A program made the translations under genes and the position numbers. A stretch of DNA of 64,000 nucleotides from Raillietiella orientalis (Eukaryota): the NCBI GenBank assembly GCA_036172245.1, contig JAYWIR010000001.1, positions 2,108,001-2,172,000 on the forward strand, in the 5' to 3' direction. The notes below the pieces were generated by a model. The model did no database searches. It was not told the origin of the DNA and saw only the letters and a program-made list of their open reading frames with translations. This document shows positions 51,318 to 64,000 of this stretch, piece after piece. Position 1 is the first letter of the stretch. Each line of letters begins with the position of its first letter.

Positions 51318-54270
51318 CCAGTAGCGACACCACGAGATCGTTACTATTGGCCTAGGACGAGGGAAATCCTTGGGTTCTTCTTTTTTCTTCTGTCTTCGCT
51401 GTTTTCCTTCCAGCTTTCTTTTTTTAAAAGTTTTTTCTTTGGAGGGGTTCACTAAGTACCTCAGAGCCGGTCGCGTGCTTCGCGGCACACGTGGCTCTTT
51501 TTTTAAAACATTAAACACAGTTTTGTTTCCACACCTCTCCGCCCGCGGCAACCCGCAGGATGGAGTGCAATTCCTCAGTACAATTCTTCAGGATAGGGGG
51601 CGCCCCGAGATGGGGGTCCGCCCTGTGAATCCAGGAAAGGCTCGGAGTCCGTTCCTCCCATGGTTGGGGAGGGATCCCCCCGGAAGAGGGGGGATCGCAC
51701 CTCTCACCCTGGTTGTCTCCGAAGGGGAACCCCGAAGGGAATCTCCTTCCTCATTCTCTCCGGAGGGACACCCCCCGGGAGGGGGGTGTTCCTCTACATT
51801 TCAACATCTCCGAAGGGAACCCGGAAAGGATCCGCTTGTAGGAATTCTTCTCCGGAGGGGACCCGCAAGGGAACCGCGCCTGTTCACTCTTCTGAAGAGA
51901 ACCCCAAAGGGACGCTTCCGAAACTCAGAAGGGGCGCTGCAGCTTCCTGCAGGGAGTCGCTCTCGCTTGCTTCCTTGTGCACACTCTGTGAAGATGAGAC
52001 GACCCGGAGGGACCCCCCAATAGGGGGGGTACGCTCCTTTGAACAACTGGAGAGGTGCCCGCGCGGGCTCCTGCTCCATCTTGAAACCGGAGGCGCTTCC
52101 CCGGTGACAGGGGTCCGCTCTCCGTTGCACGACCAGAGGGGGAACTCCCTAGTCCTTGATTCCTGGGAGGACCCGAAGATCGACTCCCATTGTTCCGGCC
52201 TTCACCGGGGGGCTCCGGCTTAATCCACCGCCGGTGCCACGCCCGAATGTCTCGGCCAACCAGCACCGTTGCAGGAGAAACTCGGAACCAAACGGCGCAG
52301 TGGCGTCAGTTATCTGCCGAAGTATTCGAACCCGCGACGCATGGTGCCACGCACGGAAGCCTTAACCACAAACCCTCCGACTCGGGCGCTGGTTTTCATT
52401 TTTTCTAGCTCCAGTTTCCATTATTTTACGAATTCTATCATTTAGTATGGCTTCCGTATCATCAGCTGAGGGCTGAAATGTCACTAACATTTCAACTGTT
52501 GACTCAATTCCTTCGATGGGCCTATCTGCTTCTATTACTGGCAAAGTCGTCGGTGTGGCAGTCGGAGCGACGTGGGCAGGACGGCCTGACTGGATCCGCT
52601 TGGGGATCCCCACGGCAAGGTACCTGAAGTACCTGGGTGTTCCGTTGGGGGACTTATGTCCAACAGAAGCCTGGTCAGGTCGTCTCCAGAAAGTGAAGTT
52701 GGCGATCGGCCCGTTCCTGGAAGGCAAGGTTCACTTGCCTGAGCGGGCCGCGGTTTGGAACGCCTTCGCGGCCCCTATCTTCCGCCCCCTACTTTTTGTT
52801 TGCCCCATCCCCGTGGAAATTAAGAAGAGGACCAAGGACCTCTTCCGCATTGCCCTCTGGGGCAAGGGGAGGCCCCGAGCCCTTTGAAGGACTTGTCCGC
52901 TCCGCGTCGGGACGTCGGTCTTAGCCACCTGACGCTGGAGCGCGTCGGAATTCAGCTGCGATGGCGCACCATGGACATCGCAGCGAAGCTGTGGAGCATC
53001 CTATGGTGCATTCCGGCCCGCCTCCTCGCCAGCCGTGTGTCTCGGTGCGATGGACTCGCGTCTTTCTTCTGTGCCGCGGCCGGAAGATCCGAAGATGCGG
53101 CCTACTGCTCGGGAACAGGGCAACCCTGGCGAAGGAGAACAGCTGGATGGTTTGTAGCCCCGCCAACTCCTCCGCCTGGCTGAAGAAGACTGCTGGCACT
53201 TGGGCTAAGCTAAACCAGAAGAGTAAAGATCCCATGAATTGCCTGCGAGTCGGTCCATACGCCCGCCGCACCCTGCGGGAAATACTTGAATTTCCCGCGA
53301 GTAGCTCCTATGCGGAGACTACCCCCCTTGCTACGGCGATGCCCTACCTCCAGAAGGCGCTTCACGGCATCCAGAAGCCGAGGTGGCAAGTCTCCTGCCG
53401 AATCGCAGGCAGGGAGGAGATGATGAGCGGCTGGACAACAGGAGAACTAGAGGACGCCACGACCCCGAGCGTCCAGCCGAGAGGACTTTTGCGATGGGGC
53501 GAGCTGCTCGCCATCCCCATGGATGTGCTGAAGTGGCCCCCGGTGTTGGAATCGAGGATCCTGCCCCTTGAGTGGCAAGAATCGGCGCTGCTACTGTTGC
53601 ATTGGGGTTTACCCTGCAACGCACGCCGCTTCCACTGGACAAGGGGAGCGGTGGATCCTCAGTGTGCCAGGTGCGGAGAGCGGGAATCGCTCTCCCACCT
53701 ACTTGTTGACTGTGCTGCCTACGACCCCTCTGGGAACGGTTTGGGACGACCCTCGGGCTTCCGGTGGGCAGCCAACCCAGAGACGTTCTCCGTCTTTTCT
53801 TCGTGCGGGACGCCCTTCAGCCAGCTGCAGCCGTGGCAGCACTCTGCTGAATCCGAGGCATCGTGGGGCCTGGAGCGATACCCGCGACGAAGGAGTGGAT
53901 TCAAACGCGATGGCTGTCATCCCGTATGCTGTTCGCTTCTTGAGAAGAGCTACTGGATGGCCCCAACTTGGGAGAATGAAGATAGACCTCCAAGGCATCC
54001 TGCAAAGGGTGGGCCCTCCCCGCAGGGGACTGTGATCCCTTCCCGGCCCTCCAAACTCTTTTTGTTTGTTCTTTTTTCTTAATTTTATTTTATTTTTGTT
54101 TTCAGTCCCATCCCCTTCCCCTGCCGAGGAGTGCCACACCGGCTGCGTCCCGGCGTCCCGGCAGGTCCGGCATTGCGTGGCCGTTAGTGGGGCCTTGTAC
54201 CACGTGCTGTGATGACGAATGAAACGTTTTTTTTTTAATAAACGCCCCGGCGCACCCGGGTGATAACCAG
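51318..54270 (+). mobile_element. Long, internally deleted GC-rich L1/Tx1-like element
   Basis: LKYLGVPL, ERAAVWNAFAAP, PRRDVGL, PRGLLRWGELLAIP, LLLHWGLPCNARRFHW, CARCGERESLSHLLVDC, family 3' UTR. Confidence 0.88.
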
Positions 54271-54288
54271 CCGCCCCCCGACGTCATC

Positions 54289-54935
54289 ATGCTGGTGCAT
54301 TGGGGTTTTCACTCCAACCAGCGGACGAACTGTGTTTCCGCGGGAGTTGTCTCCCCAAACTGTAAGTGGTGCGGGGAAGTGGAAACGCTCCCGCACCTGC
54401 TCCTGGACTGCGGTGCCCTCCTAGGACTTTGGCGGAGGCTAGCCTCAGCCCTCCTTCACCAGGGGGACACCGCGAGAGACTTGATGCGCCGCTTCTTCAC
54501 GCCAGGCGGCCTGTCTTTGGGTGCTGTCGTTGCAACCGTGTGTTGCACCCGCGCCATCGACAAGGCCCACCGAGAGCTGGAGAAGCTGGCCATCCTTCGT
54601 CAGCCCACCGGACTAGCCAGCGCAAACATGTCGTCGGCTGCCGAGTGGACCCATCTACCAGAGAGCGTGAGGAGAGAGATCGCCGGCATCCATCGCCGGT
54701 TCTGAAAGGAAGGAACGGCCGTACCAAAGACCCCTGTCCCCTGCCCTCCATATCTTTATTTTATATTTTTTTATACTAGTGTATTTGTGGTCCCCTCCCT
54801 CCCGTTCCGGACTTTCGGTATACCGACCTGCGTGTCGGGGATCCCACCCCCTTCGTATCTTGTTTTCCCCTTTGTCCAGGAACTCTGTTCCCGGATAGTT
54901 TTTCAATAAACGGCCCGGCGCACCCGGGTGATAAC
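54289..54935 (+). mobile_element. 5'-truncated GC-rich L1/Tx1-like copy with an uninterrupted 138-aa CCHC/C-terminal frame
   Basis: ORF 54289..54705 contains CKWCGEVETLPHLLLDC; 3' UTR ends aataaacggcccggcgcacccgggtg. Confidence 0.85.
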
Positions 54936-55125
54936 CAGCCGTCCCCCTGCGATGTTCTCAATCTCCTGGGCGTTCTCCGCGGTGATCACGTGGATCTCCT
55001 GCAGGAGCGCCAGGTCGAAGTCACGCAGGGTGTTGGCCGTATCCCGCCTGTTGCCGTCGTCGCGCAGCCCGTTGACGTTCCAGCAGGCTACACGGATCCG
55101 ACGGCGACAGGCGAGTCCAGGTGTT
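54930..55125 (-). mobile_element. APE endonuclease N-terminus, antisense to the flanking copies
   Basis: Stop-free RIRVACWNVNGLRDDGNRRDTANTLRDFDLALLQEIHVITAENAQEIENIAGGRLVIT. Confidence 0.85.
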
Positions 55126-55129
55126 AATC

Positions 55130-55870
55130 CTGGGAAAGTGGCAATGGGGCTTCCGCCACCTGGTCGGGCGGGACGCTAGGAGGAGGGGGTGCGTCGCGCA
55201 CCGCTTCTCCCTCCTCCATGGGGACCGAATCGTCGTCAGGACCTGCAGAGGAAGGGGGATCTCACCCATCTGCTCCCCCTCCTCCATGGGGGTTGCCAGC
55301 TGCACGGTGCAGGCACATCAGGGAGTGTAGACGTCAATTGTGCAAGTTGCATGAAACAGGAAACCTTCCCCCACCTCATCGAGTGTGCCGCCCTTCGCCC
55401 CATGTGGGATCGACTCTCATCGATTCTGAACATTCCAGTGGGAGACCGAAGTGGAGAAGTGGACTTGTTGAGGAGAGGACACCAAAGCCAGGATGCAATT
55501 CATTGGGCAGTCATCTCCATGGAGAGGGCTTCCCGATAGCACCGGTTGAGAAAAATTTTACCGGCATTCGTCCGCATCCAAAACCGGATGCAGAGGCTTT
55601 CTCGTGGCGTACCCTGATTCCTTCCCTTCCCTCCCCTCTCCTTGAAATTTGTCGCCCTTTGTATTTTTGTTTTTTTTTGTTATTTTTTCTTTTTGGTTTT
55701 CCCGTCCCCTTTGCCGGTGAAGAGGACCTCACAGACCTGCGGGTCGGTAAGGACAAGTGCGCCAAGAACCATGTGCTCTGACTGAAAAAACTGACGAAAA
55801 GACTAGACTTTATTATAAGATTTAAAATAAAATTTTAATAATAAAAACCCCGGCTTATCAGGGTGAAAAA
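55130..55870 (+). mobile_element. GC-rich L1/Tx1-like 3' portion
   Basis: CASCMKQETFPHLIEC, AIHWAVISMERASR, family 3' UTR, aataaaaaccccgg..cagggtgaaaaac. Confidence 0.83.
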
Positions 55871-57400
55871 CTTCTGTTACTGCATCTCTACACATGGGTT
55901 CTTTACATTCGCGCAAATTATTCATCTGCATTGTAGAAAATTGTTGTAAAAATTTAGTCTTGTATTTTTGTTATTTGATTTCGTTGCCACTCCTAACGTT
56001 CATGAACAAGATTACATAAGGAATTTATTTTTTTTCGGAAAATCTTTTTTGATTCATACCTTTGGAATGTCTTCGATAGAAGAGCATGCAGAATCTTGTA
56101 AGCATTCCTCGTTAGCGAAATTCGAAACTTTCATCAGTCTTGTTCTATTACATTTTCGTATGTTGATTACCAAACAGGTTGGTAATGATTGGTAAACAGA
56201 TTGGTATCAAGATGGGCTTTTTTTATCGGTAGAGCAATCAGAACCATTACTTCCTCATTTCTTCAGAAAGGAAGTTTCACCAATATACTTTTTCGGAGAA
56301 CAACGATCAGTGTCATCAAACAGTTTCATATTCTCATCAGTACTTTGCTCCTGCACTCTTGGCAATTCAAAGATTCTTTCAGACATTTGTTTCTTACGTG
56401 ATGGAATTTGTACTTCACATTTGGGGGCATTAATCAAATGGGTGATTCCAAGTCAAATCAGGACAAAGTAGCTGGTATACATTAAATAGTAACTTCTACT
56501 CTTGCAAATGCAGACATTCGTGATCTAGGAAGGCTTCACATGTATTGGAGGTCTCAAAACAGTAATAGTCTTTTCTTTGTATTCGTCGAGGATCAATTCC
56601 TAGTTTATTCGATACGGGTGTCCACCCTTCGAGTTTCATTCTCTTTAAACGTTTCTCGCGATCTAAACTCACTTCAGTGGTCAAAAGGAGAAAATTCAAA
56701 ATTGCTTTCAGGTAATCGAAATCGATCGCAGTTTTTACATTAAATGAGGGAAACACCTCTTACTATCTGGATAGCTATGCTTCCAGTCCACTCATTTCTC
56801 GCTTGCTGTATCCTGCATCCCAGTCACACACCACGATCCTTTAATGTCCCCTGTCAGTTCACTGCAATTTGCGTATTTTAATTCCTTTTTCTCTTCCTCA
56901 TTTCGAACATCAATTCAAGACGGACTAAGCTTGCTTGCAAGGTACTCCCAGGGAATCCATAACACACAATTTCGAACTCATCTATAACTCATCCAAGTGC
57001 AAGAATACAAGTTGAAACAGAACTGCGTGTCTGTAAAGTTTCAAATACCGAGAATCTTTAACTGCACACAGAGTTACTTGCATTTCTGGAATGGCATCAG
57101 TCTTTCTAGGAAACTGTAGAAGACTTGTTAATCTTTCTGCAGAGTCTCATTTGAGTCACGAATGGAACTGGGAAGGATTAGCTTTACCTAATTTAGTTTT
57201 CTTTGCAGGTATAGCGTGAGTTCTTTTGCACTATAGACCATATGCTTATTTGGACACTCTGAAAGTAGCTGAGATCTTACGCTTAGCTTTACGACAACTC
57301 CACGACGCAATTTTCTGATGGATTCCTTCACCTTATTCGCATCCCTACATACTTTCTCATACACTTTTCTGAATCTCAATGTATGGTGGTAAATTCAGGT
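55865..57400 (-). mobile_element. Decayed AT-rich L1-clade element, upstream half (ORF1-like region plus APE start)
   Basis: VILFMNVRSGN (S.NVRGL-like) at ~56000 and a degenerate KE(T)H at ~55900; weak Cys/His knuckle remnants at ~56430-56550. Confidence 0.5.
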
Positions 57401-59573
57401 CATCTCAGCATGCTGCTCTAGAGGTAACCAAGTCACCGACAGGATGACCCAGTTCTAAAGTTTCATTCTGATTATAGGTCTAGGTTGCTCGGTTTATTTC
57501 AGTTTTTACTCTTTTGCACTGCAGTCAACCGGCAGAAAGAATAACACGCTGCTAGTTCATGGAATCCGGAGATACAAACTTTGCTAATTCGGGAAGACTA
57601 GATCGTGAGAAAGAAGATTCTGGCTCCACGTGCCATATCATGCTGTACTATCAGAAAGGTACTAAAAAAACTATTGTGGACTCCACATCACGAAGGACGT
57701 TCTTTTCCATGAGATTAGGAATCAGAGAACTGGAAAAGACAAAGCAGTAGTTGCATTCATGAGACAACTCAGCATCCTTATGTTAGACTGTGAATCAGTC
57801 TGACATCAGGATGCTGAGGTGATCAGTGATCATTACAGCATTTCCTAACTACCACAAAATATGCTTGTATCAGAGAATGAATGTCTGACGAAGTCACTTC
57901 ACGAAAATGCATCAAGATTGTGCCTGTCATAGTTACCATAAATGAATACTATTCTCAGAGAAGTATACTCACTTGCTGTCTCCACAAAACGGGATTGTGA
58001 ACCAAAAAATCAGCTGCACTGTCGATAATACACTATGTTACAAATAAACATGTGAAGATTCCTGAAAATCCTCGAATACGTGATTTCTCTTCGGCTTCCT
58101 TTACGTCTTGTGCATGCTGGAGAATTTCACGAGAATCGTGTGCAGCGGAAAAGGCAAGCGTGACTACGAAGGATGCGCAGGACGGAATCCCAAATTGTGA
58201 TGGGTAACAAGTACAAATGTAAGTAAAGTCGCGGGAAAATGAACAAATTCGTAAACATGTCGACGGATGAACTAAACTCTGTTTATTCGTGCAATACTGA
58301 GCATTTGTGGTGATGAATGAGGTGACAGATAAGTACGTCTTCCCTCATGAAGTGGATGCATTCCTGACGGTCAGCAATAGGAACAGAATCAAAATGAAAC
58401 TTTACAACTGGGTCATTCTGCTGGTATTTGTTTTCTTATTATCCAGAGTTCAGAACTTTTAAGTGATCTTCTGCACCTTCGCAGCAATCACAGTCGAGAC
58501 GATTTGTCCTTAAATATCTGAATTCTATATGTGAAGAGCTCCATGTCCAATGCGTGAACCTGTTAAGGGATGAAAGAACAACTCTGCAAAAAACACCGTT
58601 TTTTGCAGAATTCGAATGAACATGTGTTGTCAACCTGTCAGAGTATCAGAGTACAATGGGAGCACTCATCCAAAGCAAATGAGTGCACCTTCCCAAGAGC
58701 AAAGTTGATTTCACCATTTGATCATTGCTAATTGAAGACAACTGCCTATCATTCAGCTCTTGGATGGGTTTAATTTCCTCTTTGGAAATTTGGCAATGTG
58801 TAGCAGGTGGCACTTAGAGGAAATTTCTTTGCAGGCAACACTGTGAGGTAAATGCTGCTTAGGAGTTGTGGGGAAGTTCAAGATGAATGGAGTTTTTCCT
58901 AAGGAAAGATAGAAATAAAAACGCGAAATTTTTTTTTTAATTTCTTCCTCAATTATTCACACAAACAAGACTGTTATGCTAAACGAAAGTTGATGTAGGG
59001 TTTGTCACAGATGCACTTTTCTGTGCATTCAGCTCACAGCATTTATCAACGAAAAATGCTGATTACAGAGAAGTCCAAGCTTCTTTTGCTCCAACTGCCT
59101 AAAAATTTCCTCACTTCCTTGTATTCACTTAAAGTCTTTCTGGGCCAGGCACCATAATTGCTTCAGTTGGTCCTATCTTTCAAGCTAAGTGTTTCTCTAG
59201 TATAGCACAGCAAATGATCACTTCAAAACTTTACTGTTCTGGAAACACTTTCAACAGATGGCATTTTTAAAAACAATGGAGAGCTCTGTACTTGGTGGAC
59301 AAACAAAACAAGGTGCTCTCTCAACTTGTTACCTATTCATTCATGCAGAATTCTTTACCCTTTTTTTATAATTCCTGCAAAACATGTTTGCATTCTTCAG
59401 AATCCAACACGCAAACAAAAGTGGCTGAACGCACTTGGACAACTCAAAGCAAAGATAAAGATAAACTGGTTGTTGCGAGAGTTGGGTGACAAGAAGCATG
59501 GCGTACGAGGTCGTTTGCACGTTTTTAGGAAAGGGCAGTTTGAATCTGTGGAATGATTGGAGGCCATGCTCAC

Positions 59574-61054
59574 TCATGCTTTCCGGAACAGTGAGCAGAG
59601 TTCCTCGTTATTCATGAGCACTTCCAGAATTTGCAGATGATGAACGTTCAGCACAGCTTCCATTTGCTGTTGAAGCATTTTGTTGCCTTTCAAAAATTCT
59701 TCCACTCCATGCAAAGACACCTTGATTCTGTGATCCGTGACTTTGTTCTGCACAAAATTGTAAGTGCGAATCTTGGCAGACCGATCCACAATTCCTATCT
59801 GAGTGCTCCGTGTTGCCTGCACGAATTTCTTCTGCTCATCCAGTTTCAAGTTAAACAGTTTGGCATGTAGGCTTTTTAAAGCTTGTTCTCGATTGAAGAT
59901 CTGAGAACGCTGAGTCTGGCACTCACTTGTGATGCCTGGAAAGCAATGCACTTCAAAGAGACTCGAGATCCGAATCTTACCTGTGGGAAGATGAGTTATT
60001 CGTACACAGCTTTCAGTTTTATTCACATGCTGCCCACCAGCTCCACTGGAATGCTTGGTTTCTATCTTGAGGTCCTTGGGATTGATGACTATGTGGATCT
60101 GAGCGTTCTGCCTGTTATGCGTAAAATCACGTTTCCAAGCATTACTTTATCTGGACAAGGGTACACTGCCACAGCTGCTGTACTTGTGTGCACACGACCA
60201 GCTGATTCTGTTACTGGAACTCTTTGCACTCTATGAATACCAGCTTCACACTGTAGCAGTTGATAAGTATCCGCGCCAGAAAATAAAAGGGATGCCTGTC
60301 GGATACCTCCTGATACAAATTACATTTGGCAAATTTAAATACGCCATACTGAGTTCTGATTCGGACAGGGAGAGTACTTCACAGTTCCACTCCTTGAGAG
60401 AACCAAAATTACGGTACATGGTATAAAGTTCATGTGCAAACAACATGGCCTCCTGTCCTCCTATGCCAGCTTTTACTTCCAAAAGAGTATCTGCAGAATT
60501 CATGCGCGTGGAAGGAACAAGCACTTGCAAAATCTAAGAAAACATCCGTGTGGTTTATTTCATGCAATCTTACTTGCAGCTGTAGAGCTGCCAGTTTTTC
60601 TTTGTACGCGGATTTTTCTGCTTCAATGCAATTTTGCAACTCAACATCTTTCCCAAACTCTGCAAATACAATATTGCATGTTAAAAAAAATCACCCCTTC
60701 GTTGCACCCTGCAAAGCAAGGGCCCCTTTGGAACAAAAGTCGACCTTTTGAATTGCTATTCTACATTAAAAAGTTGATGGAATGGTGAGCATGGTAACCA
60801 GACATGCTCTGCATGGGCAGTCTACCTGCTTGCATGGAATCCAGCTCTGCTAGGTTGCACTTGGCACTCTGCACAGCCGTCACATGGCTAACTAGTTCTG
60901 GATGCAACTGGTTGGAAGATGAGAGCTGTTGTAAGGAGTCTATGAAACTCTCCAGTCTCTTATTCATTTGTTGATTCCAAGACGATACGAATTGTACCCA
61001 GATTCCTTTTATGTGAAACAAAGTTACTTTATGAGGTAAACCTATTTTATACAT
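59574..61054 (-). CDS. MTRF1L: Mitochondrial peptide chain release factor 1-like, duplicate copy
   Basis: Inverted copy of 46901-48381 with identical ORF translations. Confidence 0.9.
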
Positions 61055-61328
61055 GACTGTTTGGACAAGAACCACTCTGTGTAATAAGTTACATTCTAAA
61101 CTAAAAACATATCAACAAATTAGCATTTCTTAATTCAATAACATCCTTCTATTTATTGTTAATGAAATGTTTCTTTTTGCTTTGAACATTTGCTATCAGT
61201 AGAAACTTCACGCTGCCTCGCAGGAACCTTTTTTCCCCTCAATAAACTGTCGCGCTCAGCTGCAATTTGCTCCACGCAGGAGCTCGCATTAGAACAGTGA
61301 TCCAGAATATCACAATGAAAACATGATT

Positions 61329-62840
61329 TCATTTGACCTTCTTGGATAAAGTTCCTGCTGGAAGTTGGATAGCAGATGTGCACTTTGCATTTGTGCTAAC
61401 TGCTTGATCCCATTTTGATTTTCGTTTGGATACATCCTCAACGACAGTTTTCTTCACCGTTCCAGAGACAAATTCCACCTTAATCGTTAGTCAACATGAA
61501 TCACGAACTGAAACCTATACACGTTACCTTTGTTCGATCCTTTTTCTCTTTTTCCCTCTTATCCATTTCACCCTTTTGCACCTTTGCTAAATGATCGTAG
61601 AATGACTCTGGTCCCCATCGATGAGGATCTGACACTTCCTGTATGTCAAGGCAGCAAACATGCTAAACTTTTCCCAACAGTGACTTACAGGAGAAAAGTT
61701 TGTGCCCAATTCATCAATATTGCAAAACTGAATGAGCTTTTCATAAATGCTGGGGTTGCGGAAGGCCTTTTTGTTTTGAATTATCTTGTTCATGTCCATG
61801 TTCTCACGTATGCGTTTCTCAAACAGTTTGGAAATCTTTTCCTGGAAACGCCAACATCGGGAACAGAATTAAACAATCCGATGAATTTTACTTGCAACAG
61901 TTTGGAACAATGACCCTTGGGTTCGGGAGGCAGGGAAAGCCCATCTGTTTCATTCAGGAAGTCACCTATAGTGTCTTCACTTTCTGAGCCACTTCCAGCA
62001 TCGTTGCCGTTGTTCTCCCAGTCGGAGTCGCTTCTGTACGGTGCCGAAATTTCGGTAGTGACATCTATATTCTCAATGGCGATTTCAGGAATCGTTTCAT
62101 TGGCATTGTATGGAACCAACACTGCAGGTTTGCTTGCAGTATCTGCAAGGAATCACAGTCATTTTGACTTGCTCATCCATTCGCCACTACACAACCAGCA
62201 CGAGCTGCTTGATTCGAATTTCAAGACCATCCTTCCGGAATGAAAAACGCTTACCAACTCACTGTTTCTGAACAAGACACAACAGCATTCTTTCTTTCTT
62301 GCCCTCCAAGCATACAGTTGTTTAGTCCACGGTTTCGCAGCAGTGAAAACATGAACGAATGGTAACCGATGGTGACCAATCGTTGCCATGCAGGCAGTCA
62401 CACTGAGCATCTCGCAAAACGCAACTTTCCTGAACAGACACTTCAAAACACTGAACCTACTGACTCTCGGGCATGTACTGTCAAGGTCTACCACGGATTT
62501 TCCCCACTCAAAAAAAATACGCCTCCGCAGTTCCCCCCTTCCCACAGCGACATGCTCTTTGGAAACCATCCTGACAATCTGTTTGTCTCCGATGCCTGCG
62601 TTCTAATATTCTAAGCGGCACACAACGAGCCCCGGATTCGCAACGAACCGAACTTGGAGGAAATGAGGTACCTGCTACGGGCTCCGGCGTCGTTTGCACT
62701 GGCGTTTCAGTTCCAAATGCATTCAAGTTGGACTTCAATTTCTGCAGAATATCGACATCCTCTTCGGAATTATCGTCATCGTTTTCGGAGTCTGTGTACA
62801 TTGCCGAGAGCGATGCTAGGCTCGTCACAGGCGCAGCCAT
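61329..62840 (-). CDS. SAP30BP: SAP30-binding protein, duplicate copy
   Basis: Inverted copy of 45115-46626 with identical ORF translations. Confidence 0.9.
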
Positions 62841-64000
62841 CGTTCATTTTCTGCAGACACGCGTGTGTTATATTGAAGAAACTGCAGAGCTGGACCGAGC
62901 AACGTGCTGGGGATGCTTTCCACACTTATTTTATGGAACGGACGATTTCACGCGACACCAGGCACAATGCACTTGCTCTGCAGGCTCCCTGGAACGAAGC
63001 AGGGTTGCCGACTTCCCAACGAACTCGGATTTCGAACTGTTCCCGCTCAAATTAAGAAGAGGCTTAATATGCCTCGCTGCTGTTGCGTATTGAGAAAGCG
63101 CATCCAACCAGATGTTCCAATTCGTAGATTACCTTAGCGTTCGCGTGCGTGGAAGTGGAATTCTGCTTCGGTTGAAAGTGATGGAACTACGAAGATGCGT
63201 AGAGCAGGATGGATGCGAACATCGTTGGTTACTCGTTGCGACCTAGGGAAAGGGCCTTTTTTGTCATTAGGATGAACTTAGTTTCCAACTCTCTTACATT
63301 GTTGTTGTTCTGTTCGTTGTGGTATCTGCAATGCATGGAAAGATGAGAAAGCACGAACGGGTGTTGGAGTCGAAATCAAGAGTGCTGACTCCGAGCAGTT
63401 TTGGTTGCTGCGGATGTCTCGACCCGCAGCGTGTCTAATCGGTCGTAGTGGAAGCTTCGGGAAGCAGGAGCAGCGAATTTTTCTCCTGATGCATCCCTCT
63501 TGGAACTTTTCATCCAAAATCATAATTCGGACGGGTGCGGTGACTCACCTATTATTTCTCCGTAGCGACAATGAGTAAATTATGGAACTTTCCATACGCT
63601 GTCCATCGATAAAATAGTCCTCGAACGAAGTCTTTTGCATGTGTGGACATCGAAACGCTCTCTTCGGTCGGCTTAGCAGCCGCCAGCTGCACTCCCTGCC
63701 AGCAGGTATGCATTCCTTCCTTCCTTCTTCCGTACACGGGACAGAAGTCAGCCGAAGCTTTTCACGTGTTTTTACTTGCGAATAAATAAGTCAGCGTCAA
63801 AATGGTTTCTCGTTTGGAGAAAAAGTGCGATGGAATGGAATATTTCAAAAATTTGAAATACCGTGGCCGAGAGTTTGCAGCAAATGGCGAAGCTGCTCTT
63901 ACGGTTAATGGACGCGTGACTGTTTTCGTCAAAATCTTAATCCAAATTCATTGCATCGGCGTTGCAGAAAGTGATTATGATCTGACAAATAATGTTTCAG

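Larger units (their letters stand above)
59000..64000 (-). repeat. Right arm of the inverted segmental duplication (runs off the window)
   Basis: Reverse complement of 43955-48955. Confidence 0.98.

Noticed and set aside
1-64000. CRISPR arrays, tRNA, rRNA or snRNA genes
   Set aside because: No regularly spaced repeat-spacer array or recognisable structural RNA gene seen by eye; a covariance-model scan would be needed to exclude them fully.

Overview
Eukaryotic nuclear DNA from an invertebrate, probably an arthropod; most predicted introns are about 40-55 nt. Recognisable host genes: ATF6 (~0.8-2.7 kb, +), a strongly divergent T-box gene (5.8-7.5 kb, -), and an adjacent pair, SAP30BP and mitochondrial release factor (MTRF1L/RF1-type). 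That pair is present twice because a >=5.0 kb segment (43955-48955) recurs as an almost perfect inverted copy (59000 to the window end). Much of the rest is decayed non-LTR retrotransposon: AT-rich L1-clade relics; many copies of a GC-rich L1/Tx1-like family (APE, RT, CCHC finger, conserved structured 3' UTR); and one NeSL/Utopia-type RLE remnant. A pseudogenised Wolbachia/prophage-WO fragment lies at ~40.9-41.9 kb (wmk/WD0622-family XRE regulator plus the gene upstream). The most unusual pattern: the 3' ends of the GC-rich elements repeatedly abut the same position of an antisense APE-endonuclease coding sequence. This suggests a retrotransposon that inserts into the endonuclease genes of other LINEs, or recurrent twin priming at one site. 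All alignments were made by eye, and element boundaries are approximate.
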